A stretch of DNA of 43,701 nucleotides from Alphaproteobacteria bacterium (GCA_027005635.1 JALTLI010000139.1:1-43701); one strand, 5' to 3'. Numbered from the stretch's first letter, positions 26,245 through 31,678 are shown. Notes: generated by a model not told the origin, from the letters alone. Program-made: numbers and translations.

Positions 26245-26382
26245 ATGATTGATTGTAAATATTTAAAAAATCGGCTGTGTACACATCAAAAAGTAAGACA
26301 TTTTAAAAGTGAACACTTTAAAAGGTGTCTACCTAATATATACCCCCATGTTAAATGTTTATATAAAGAGAAAAAGAAATGA
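26245..26382 (+). CDS. Unannotated 45-aa Cys/His-rich (zinc-finger-like) ORF, ATGA-coupled to the HsdM-like gene
   Basis: MIDCKYLKNRLCTHQKVRHFKSEHFKRCLPNIYPHVKCLYKEKKK. Its TGA (26380-82) overlaps the ATG at 26379. Confidence 0.4.
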   Translation: MIDCKYLKNRLCTHQKVRHFKSEHFKRCLPNIYPHVKCLYKEKKK

Positions 26383-27083
26383 TTAACCATAAAAAAGAAT
26401 TTATAAAACTGTTTAACAGTACAGCCCATAATCTTAACAGGTTTGAAGTGTTTTCTGATTTTGTAAAAATGTCAGCTATTGCCATATATAACGCCATTGC
26501 AAAAAATGAAGAACTGGAAAAAGAATATTTAGAAATTGTAGGGAAATATAAAAAGGAAGATGTGGATAATATAGTTAAATTATTTAGTCATGTGGTGATG
26601 GGGCTAGAAGCTGAATTTTGTGATTTTTTAGGTGATGTATTCATGGAATCTGAATTAGGTTCTAATAGAATGGGGCAATTTTTTACCCCCTATCATTTAT
26701 CTAAAATATGCTCGGATCTTACTTATTCTGATGATATAAAAAAATCAAAAGACAAAGAGTTCATAACTGTCCATGAGCCTGCCTGTGGTGCTGGTGGAAT
26801 GGTTATTGCTTTTGCTAATACAATGCTTGACAATGATATAAACTATCAGCAGAAACTATTTGTGAGCTGTATAGATAAGGATTATGTGGCGGCTTATATG
26901 TGCTTCATTCAATTATCACTTTTAAATATCCCGGCTGAAGTGATTATAGGAAATGCCCTGAACATGGATATTCAAAAAGTATTCAGAACCCCAGCTTATT
27001 ATTTAGGTAACTGGGAATATAAATTAAATGCCCCACAGAAACAAAAGATAAAAACAAAGATTATTTTAGAATATAACCCTTGA
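26379..27083 (+). CDS. HsdM/N6-adenine-methyltransferase-like SAM-binding protein lacking the catalytic (N/D/S)PP(Y/F/W) motif
   Basis: Motif X 'GQFFTPYHL', motif I 'EPACGAGGM', 'CIDKD' and 'IIGNAL' are present. The protein ends ~35 aa later and has no PP dipeptide anywhere. Confidence 0.6.
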   Translation: MINHKKEFIKLFNSTAHNLNRFEVFSDFVKMSAIAIYNAIAKNEELEKEYLEIVGKYKKEDVDNIVKLFSHVVMGLEAEFCDFLGDVFMESELGSNRMGQFFTPYHLSKICSDLTYSDDIKKSKDKEFITVHEPACGAGGMVIAFANTMLDNDINYQQKLFVSCIDKDYVAAYMCFIQLSLLNIPAEVIIGNALNMDIQKVFRTPAYYLGNWEYKLNAPQKQKIKTKIILEYNP

Positions 27084-27108
27084 CATATCTTAGCCCCTAA
27101 TATATTAT
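27080..27108 (+). promoter_or_regulatory. Cassette promoter P1 (TTGACA-N17-TATTAT), spacer core CTTAGCCCCTAAT
   Basis: The stop codon of the upstream ORF (27081-83) lies inside the -35. No ORF occurs before P2. Confidence 0.6.
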
Positions 27109-27130
27109 ACATACATGGGCTGCGGGGTTA

Positions 27131-27153
27131 TCCGATAATCCACCCCTGCATGA
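27131..27153. repeat. GC-rich 23-mer TCCGATAATCCACCCCTGCATGA, inverted partner at 29591-29613
   Basis: The reverse complement of 29591-29613 is tcggataatccgcccctgcatga, matching at 21/23 positions. Confidence 0.85.
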
Positions 27154-27198
27154 CTATAAACCATATAAAATTAATTTTAATTATTTTAATAAAATCCC

Positions 27199-27227
27199 TT
27201 GACTTATGTTAGCCCCTAATATATACT
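27199..27227 (+). promoter_or_regulatory. Cassette promoter P2 (TTGACT-N17-TATACT)
   Basis: ttgacttatgttagcccctaatatatact. The ATG of the next ORF is 39 nt downstream. Confidence 0.75.
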
Positions 27228-27272
27228 TGTATCCAAGTTAAACATAAATACATAGGAACAAGGCTATGAAAA
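27199..27272 (+). repeat. 74-nt perfect direct repeat (promoter + leader + ATGAAAA), copy 1
   Basis: Identical to 29912-29985. Confidence 0.95.
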
Positions 27273-27475
27273 CAGAAACAGTAAAAGCAAGTAATATAAA
27301 CCACGGTGACACAATTATCATTAACGGTAAAGAGTTTACTGTAAACGGTGAATATATAAAAAACGGTTTTTTCGGTACTACCATTCATGGCCATAATATC
27401 AAGGGCAGTGTAGAACGTGTTTTATTCCCCAAATGGTATAAAGGAAAAATTGTAAAATATGTTCCCCAAATTTAA
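27266..27475 (+). CDS. Hypothetical cassette protein (69 aa)
   Basis: ORF track. Has its own promoter, P2. Confidence 0.6.
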   Translation: MKTETVKASNINHGDTIIINGKEFTVNGEYIKNGFFGTTIHGHNIKGSVERVLFPKWYKGKIVKYVPQI

Positions 27476-27494
27476 AATAAATTAAGATTAGGGG

Positions 27495-27523
27495 TTGACA
27501 TAAGTTAGCCCCTAACATATACT
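27495..27523 (+). promoter_or_regulatory. Cassette promoter P3 (TTGACA-N17-TATACT), core GTTAGCCCCTAAC
   Basis: Preceded by TTAGGGG (27488-94), which is complementary to CCCCTAA (27509-15) in the spacer. Confidence 0.75.
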
Positions 27524-27558
27524 TATCACACCTTAAACAAACACAGAGAGAAAAGGTA

Positions 27559-27936
27559 ATGATTAATTTAACATATTTCATTTCAAAGCAACAAACAAAA
27601 GTGATTAAATCACTGATTAAAGGTGAAGAAGGCAAGTTTTTTGCTGATAAACTGATTCAATTACAGCACATTATTGAAACCATGCCAAAATCCTATGAAC
27701 AGGATGGTAAAGGGGATGAAGCTGTAGCATATCTCCACTACTTCAAAGGTGGGTATGATTTTTATATTACTGAAAGGGATATTGAAAAAGAACAACATCA
27801 GGCTTTTGGTTTAGTTTCAGGCCATGAAATAGAAATGGGCTATATTTCAATAGTAGAATTATTGGCTAATAATGTAGAAATAGATCTGCATTTTGAACCT
27901 ACTACCTTAAAGGAAATAAGAAAAAATTTAAAATAA
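27559..27936 (+). CDS. DUF2958-like protein (family common on conjugative plasmids/ICEs)
   Basis: 'YEQDGKGDEAVAYLHYFKGGYDFYITERD...AFGLVSGHEIEMGYISIVELL...VEIDLHFEPTTLKEI' matches my recollection of the DUF2958 signature. Confidence 0.5.
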   Translation: MINLTYFISKQQTKVIKSLIKGEEGKFFADKLIQLQHIIETMPKSYEQDGKGDEAVAYLHYFKGGYDFYITERDIEKEQHQAFGLVSGHEIEMGYISIVELLANNVEIDLHFEPTTLKEIRKNLK

Positions 27937-27950
27937 ATTAAAATTAGGGG

Positions 27951-27979
27951 TTGACTTATGTTAGCCCCTAATATATACT
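27951..27979 (+). promoter_or_regulatory. Cassette promoter P4 (TTGACT-N17-TATACT)
   Basis: The same upstream tttaaaataaattaaRattagggg as P3. TTAGGGG at 27944-50 is complementary to 27965-71. Confidence 0.75.
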
Positions 27980-28017
27980 TATCTCAAGTTAAATAAATAC
28001 AGAGAGAGATTAAAGCC

Positions 28018-28239
28018 ATGACTAAACAAATCAAAGTAATTATGAAAGACACACTGAACAATGACAAAGAAATTACTCGTGACATTGATATTAGTAATTT
28101 CTATATAAATGGTGGTTCTTCATGGGTGGTTTCTTCTGATGTTGAACGTCAAAGAAAGATGCTTTTAGATTGGATTGAAGAGCGTGCTAATGAACAACAT
28201 AATACACTTTTAGAATTAAAAGCATGGTATATTTTTTAA
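28018..28239 (+). CDS. Hypothetical cassette protein (73 aa)
   Basis: ORF track. Has its own promoter, P4. Confidence 0.6.
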   Translation: MTKQIKVIMKDTLNNDKEITRDIDISNFYINGGSSWVVSSDVERQRKMLLDWIEERANEQHNTLLELKAWYIF

Positions 28240-28257
28240 AATCAATTTTAAAAAGCC

Positions 28258-28286
28258 CTTGACATAAGTTAGGGGCTAACATATAC
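28258..28286 (+). promoter_or_regulatory. Cassette promoter P5 (TTGACA-N17-TATACT) with the 13-mer core inverted (GTTAGGGGCTAAC)
   Basis: Colinear with P3 for ~60 nt except for the flipped core. Upstream AGCCC (28253-57) is complementary to GGGCT (28272-76). Confidence 0.75.
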
Positions 28287-28323
28287 TGATCACACCTTAA
28301 ACAAAAAGAGAGAGAAAAATATC

Positions 28324-29181
28324 ATGACTTATTTCCGTGAAATGACACATGCCCACAATGTTGAATTAACTAATGAAGCAATGCTTCAAAACGCCCCTTC
28401 TGTATTCGCTGAACAACCATTTAATGAAGTATCTAGCAAGTATGGCTTTGTTCCTACTATTAACGTGATTGAAGGCTTACGGGCTGAAGGCTGGCTTCCT
28501 GTGGATGCTACTCAAAAGAATGTAAGGAATAAGGATAAAACGGATTTTACTAAACATCTGATCCGCTTCAGACGTTTAAATGATGATATTAAAGTAGGTG
28601 ATTCTGCTGTAGAACTGCTGCTAACAAACAGCCATGATAGAAGTTCAGCCTTTGTTCTTCATGCTGGTATCTTCCGTATGGCCTGTGCTAATGGCATTGT
28701 AATCGCTGATAGCACATTTAATAAGGTATCTGTACGCCATAATCAAAACGCCCTTGAAGATGTTATAGAAGGCTCTTATCAGGTACTTGAAGAAGTTCCC
28801 TTAATTACCAATGAAGTAGAAGCTATGCAAGAGGTGATCTTAAACCGGGAAGAACAGAAAATTTTTGCCGGGGCTGCTTTGGATTACATGCTACCTGAAC
28901 CCAAAGAAGGGGAAGCTAAAATAGTTACTTCCAAGGATGCATTAATAGGCCAAATCCTACACCCTAAGCGTTCTGCTGATACTGGCAGTGATTTATGGTC
29001 TACCTATAATGTAGTGCAAGAAAAAGCCTTACGGGGTGGCCTGATCAGTCATAAAATGGATGCTAAAGGCCGATATAGAAGAAACACCACACGGGCTGTA
29101 AAGAGCATTGATAAAAACGTAAAGCTGAACAAGGCTTTATGGGAAATGGCTGTGAAAATGAAGGAATTAAAAGCAGCTTAA
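28324..29181 (+). CDS. DUF932-like protein (phage/plasmid/ICE family of unknown function)
   Basis: 'ELLLTNSHDRSSAFVLHAGIFRMACANGIV' matches the DUF932 core (NSHDGS...G.FR..C.NG). Confidence 0.65.
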   Translation: MTYFREMTHAHNVELTNEAMLQNAPSVFAEQPFNEVSSKYGFVPTINVIEGLRAEGWLPVDATQKNVRNKDKTDFTKHLIRFRRLNDDIKVGDSAVELLLTNSHDRSSAFVLHAGIFRMACANGIVIADSTFNKVSVRHNQNALEDVIEGSYQVLEEVPLITNEVEAMQEVILNREEQKIFAGAALDYMLPEPKEGEAKIVTSKDALIGQILHPKRSADTGSDLWSTYNVVQEKALRGGLISHKMDAKGRYRRNTTRAVKSIDKNVKLNKALWEMAVKMKELKAA

Positions 29182-29189
29182 TTTTAACG

Positions 29190-29210
29190 GGGCAAGGATG
29201 CCCTTAATTT
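29190..29210 (+). terminator. Short hairpin terminator candidate
   Basis: GGGCA-agga-TGCCC followed by ttaattt. Confidence 0.35.
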
Positions 29211-29223
29211 AGGAATATAAAAA

Positions 29224-29508
29224 ATGAATATTTTTGGTAAAATAAATAATGAGAAAGCAAGAAAACAACTTAATTTACCACATGACTATGAAATATTTAT
29301 AATGGCTACGGAAATTGATTATTTAAAAGATGATTTTAGCTATAAAGTACATGATTTGTATAGTGAAATAGGATATTTATCTAGTGATGATGTAAATTCA
29401 ATATTTAAAGAAATAAACATAAGCATAAAACTACCACAAAACTATATATTAGTTGGCATGATTAATAAAAATAATAATTCTGAAGTTTATGGGATAATAG
29501 AAGTATGA
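29224..29508 (+). CDS. Hypothetical protein (94 aa, very AT-rich)
   Basis: ORF track. Confidence 0.55.
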   Translation: MNIFGKINNEKARKQLNLPHDYEIFIMATEIDYLKDDFSYKVHDLYSEIGYLSSDDVNSIFKEINISIKLPQNYILVGMINKNNNSEVYGIIEV

Positions 29509-29588
29509 GTATTGAACAACTTACCCCTGAAGAACTGGTTTTATTAATATTGGCATTTATTGTAGGGGCAATAATCGCTAGAATTTAA
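29505..29588 (+). CDS. Unannotated 27-aa hydrophobic peptide (ATGA-coupled)
   Basis: MSIEQLTPEELVLLILAFIVGAIIARI. Its ATG overlaps the TGA of the upstream ORF. Confidence 0.3.
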   Translation: MSIEQLTPEELVLLILAFIVGAIIARI

Positions 29589-29590
29589 TA

Positions 29591-29613
29591 TCATGCAGGG
29601 GCGGATTATCCGA
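29591..29613. repeat. Inverted partner of the 27131-27153 GC-rich 23-mer
   Basis: tcatgcaggggcggattatccga. Confidence 0.85.
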
Positions 29614-29629
29614 CTATCCCGGCTGATGT

Positions 29630-29658
29630 AAGTATTATATGTTAGCCCCTAATATAAT
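29630..29658 (+). promoter_or_regulatory. Degenerate cassette promoter P6 (core GTTAGCCCCTAA plus TATAAT, no TTGAC -35)
   Basis: aagtattatatgttagcccctaatataat. The ATG of 29691 is 33 nt downstream. Confidence 0.4.
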
Positions 29659-29690
29659 GCAAGTAATATTTTGAATAAAAGGTAAATAAA

Positions 29691-29915
29691 ATGACTGAAA
29701 TTATAAACAACACCCGCCACCCTTTAACATTTCATCATGAAAATAAAGAAGGTGAAATAGAAATAACTATCCTTCCTTTTGATTCTGGTGAAATACCAGA
29801 TAATCTATGGAAGAAATTCAAGAAAAATAAAACAGTAAAAGAAAAATTGGAAAATAAAAGTTTAGTAGTAAGAGAAAAACAAAATTTTTTTAAAAAATTG
29901 TTTAAATTTAGTTGA
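29691..29915 (+). CDS. Early paralog (74 aa) of the capsid-adjacent gene 14673..14987
   Basis: See the alignment given for 14673..14987. Its stop codon lies inside the -35 of P7. Confidence 0.6.
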   Translation: MTEIINNTRHPLTFHHENKEGEIEITILPFDSGEIPDNLWKKFKKNKTVKEKLENKSLVVREKQNFFKKLFKFS

Positions 29916-29940
29916 CTTATGTTAGCCCCTAATATATACT
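29912..29940 (+). promoter_or_regulatory. Cassette promoter P7 (TTGACT-N17-TATACT)
   Basis: Identical to P2. Confidence 0.75.
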
Positions 29941-29985
29941 TGTATCCAAGTTAAACATAAATACATAGGAACAAGGCTATGAAAA
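29912..29985 (+). repeat. 74-nt perfect direct repeat, copy 2
   Basis: Identical to 27199-27272. Confidence 0.95.
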
Positions 29986-30134
29986 ATATTGAAATAACAG
30001 CAGCACAAAAACAGCTTTTAGATAGCATATTTGAAGTTAATGCTAAAAGGATTGATCAGCTTATAGTCAGATCTTTTAGATCTACCGGAAAAGAGCCACA
30101 TGTTTACGGAACTGAATACCAATATAAGGGGTAA
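29979..30134 (+). CDS. Unannotated 51-aa ORF driven by P7
   Basis: MKNIEITAAQKQLLDSIFEVNAKRIDQLIVRSFRSTGKEPHVYGTEYQYKG. It has the same leader, RBS and start as 27266. Below the track cut-off. Confidence 0.55.
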   Translation: MKNIEITAAQKQLLDSIFEVNAKRIDQLIVRSFRSTGKEPHVYGTEYQYKG

Positions 30135-30138
30135 TGAA

Positions 30139-30360
30139 ATGTACAGCAAAAACAGAAAAATGAAAAAAGTTGAAGTGGATGATCTTGTAGTAGTAAATGA
30201 TCTTCCTGATACCACTGTTTATATGGTTTGTTCAGTAGAGAATGGGCAGGCTGAATTAGAATATGAATCAGGCTATAAAAAAATTAATGCAGGTAAAATG
30301 CCAGTAGAATTATTATTAAAACCCACGAAAGAACAGCTTAAAAATAGTGGGCTAAATTAA
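30139..30360 (+). CDS. Hypothetical protein (73 aa; start moved from 30100)
   Basis: The internal ATG at 30139 follows AAGGGG and the stop of the 51-aa ORF. The track start would overlap that ORF by 35 nt. Confidence 0.55.
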   Translation: MYSKNRKMKKVEVDDLVVVNDLPDTTVYMVCSVENGQAELEYESGYKKINAGKMPVELLLKPTKEQLKNSGLN

Positions 30361-30396
30361 CTGGGAATGATCCCATAATATAAAAGGTGATAAATT

Positions 30397-30591
30397 ATGT
30401 TTAAAATTCAGTGTAGTAAAAAATCAACAGGTGGTAAGGCTTTTGTATCCAATCATCCTACCGGATCTGAATCAGTTCAGTTTACAGATAATGAAAGTCA
30501 AGCCTACATATTTAGTGATATGGCACAATGTAAAAATATCCGTGATGATATTCTTCAATATGCTGATAATGTAACAATTCTGAAAATCTAG
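30397..30591 (+). CDS. Hypothetical protein (64 aa)
   Basis: ORF track. RBS aaaaggtga. Confidence 0.5.
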   Translation: MFKIQCSKKSTGGKAFVSNHPTGSESVQFTDNESQAYIFSDMAQCKNIRDDILQYADNVTILKI

Positions 30592-30635
30592 GAAGGCTGG
30601 TAGGCATGGATGCCATTTTATGAAGGTAACAATTA

Positions 30636-30806
30636 ATGAAAACCAATAAAAAAACTAATGCTGATTATGTTCGTGATCATGTGGCACGAAGAAAGGAAGC
30701 CGGATTAATTCAGGCTAAAGTATGGGTACATCCTGAAGAAGCTGATGCTGTACGCAAGTACGCAGCCCGTAAACCAAAAACAAAAGAAATCATGAAAAGG
30801 TTATAA
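30636..30806 (+). CDS. Unannotated 56-aa basic protein, possible RHH/Arc-like DNA binder
   Basis: MKTNKKTNADYVRDHVARRKEAGLIQAKVWVHPEEADAVRKYAARKPKTKEIMKRL. It fills the gap and stops 1 nt before the next ATG. Confidence 0.4.
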   Translation: MKTNKKTNADYVRDHVARRKEAGLIQAKVWVHPEEADAVRKYAARKPKTKEIMKRL

Positions 30807-30807
30807 A

Positions 30808-31527
30808 ATGAATACAGAAAAAGTAGATTGGATTAAATTATCAAATGATCCAGAAATAAGAAAATTAGCAAAGGAATTATGTGAAAAGCATGGATTCAAT
30901 GCTGATAGTTTAGTTTTTGGCTCCACACCCTATCCTGATTCAGATCAAAAAGTAAAAGATGTGGATCAATATTACTACAGGTGGCGTGAATATGTAGTGG
31001 ATGCTGTGACCATTTCACAAAAAAATAGAAATAAATGTGAACATGGACTACCTATAGATGATCACTGTGCATTATGTGAAAGGGGTTTTGATATGGCTAT
31101 GGATGGGGAATGTAAACATGGAACACCAGAAAATGTATTTTGTAACCAGTGTGAATCCGAATATCAGGAACACAAAACAGAATCAGATCCATCAGGCAAA
31201 GCACAGCATGAACCCGGTGCTAAATTAGATGCTGGAAAGATAAGGCCGGGCTTAGTGCTTGGGGGCTTTGCAAGGGCATTATGGGCAGTCTGTGAGGTAG
31301 GTACTAAAGGTGCTGCCAAATATTCAGATAACGGCTGGATGGAAGTGGAAACAGGAAAAGAAAGATATACTGATGCAGGTTTACGCCACTTTCTAAAGTC
31401 TGCTATGGGTGAAGATATAGATCCAGATTTTGACCTGTTACACATGGCACATGAAGCATGGAACAGCCTAGCAAAGCTGGAATTGAAATTAAGAGAAATT
31501 GAAGCTAAGAATGCTGATCAGCAATAG
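30808..31527 (+). CDS. Fusion protein: N-domain + two CxHG-x8/9-CxxCE zinc knuckles + DUF5664-like (dNTP-pyrophosphohydrolase-associated) C-domain
   Basis: 'KCEHGLPIDDHCALCERG' and 'ECKHGTPENVFCNQCESE' are tandem. The C-terminal 'DAGKIRPGLV...GAAKYSDNGW...AGLRHFLKSAMGEDIDPDFDLLHMAHEAWN' fits the DUF5664 pattern as I recall it. Confidence 0.5.
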   Translation: MNTEKVDWIKLSNDPEIRKLAKELCEKHGFNADSLVFGSTPYPDSDQKVKDVDQYYYRWREYVVDAVTISQKNRNKCEHGLPIDDHCALCERGFDMAMDGECKHGTPENVFCNQCESEYQEHKTESDPSGKAQHEPGAKLDAGKIRPGLVLGGFARALWAVCEVGTKGAAKYSDNGWMEVETGKERYTDAGLRHFLKSAMGEDIDPDFDLLHMAHEAWNSLAKLELKLREIEAKNADQQ

Positions 31528-31678
31528 CTTTAAACCATGCTGACACAGTAAGGCCACAGGCTTTAGCAGCTTGTTTATAACGCTTTTTCTGGTCTACTGT
31601 AACCCTGAAGCCGGGAATCAGTTCAGACGCTTTAAGGCTTGCGGGCAATGGGGGTCTACCCCGTTTATTTTTACTCAT
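31505..31678 (-). CDS. Unannotated 57-aa ribbon-helix-helix (CopG/Arc/MobC-like) regulator on the opposite strand, apparently leaderless
   Basis: MSKNKRGRPPLPASLKASELIPGFRVTVDQKKRYKQAAKACGLTVSAWFKAIADQHS (basic arm, beta strand FRVTV, two helices). The local GC is clearly higher than in the flanks. A perfect TATAAT ends 8 nt before the ATG. Confidence 0.6.
   Translation of the reverse strand: MSKNKRGRPPLPASLKASELIPGFRVTVDQKKRYKQAAKACGLTVSAWFKAIADQHS

Noticed and set aside
27128-27146. DnaA-box-like strings (TTATCCGAT, TAATCCACC) in the GC-rich element
   Set aside because: Each differs from TTATCCACA at 2-3 positions. The second copy of the element does not conserve them as DnaA boxes.
27209-27635. 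Minus-strand ORFs 27209..27394 and 27399..27635 crossing the cassette promoters
   Set aside because: They span promoter, leader and opposite-strand coding sequence, and no promoter or RBS serves them.
27080-29940. Possibility that the seven ~29-nt repeats form a CRISPR array
   Set aside because: The spacing is irregular (119, 296, 456, 307, 1372 and 282 nt). Each repeat is a -35/N17/-10 promoter followed by an RBS and a translated ORF, and there are no cas genes.
30100-30138. Track start (30100) for the 86-aa ORF, and the track start 6739 for the spike gene
   Set aside because: Both upstream starts create long overlaps with the preceding genes. The internal ATGs (30139, after AAGGGG; 6709, in an ATGA overlap) fit the genome's packing pattern.
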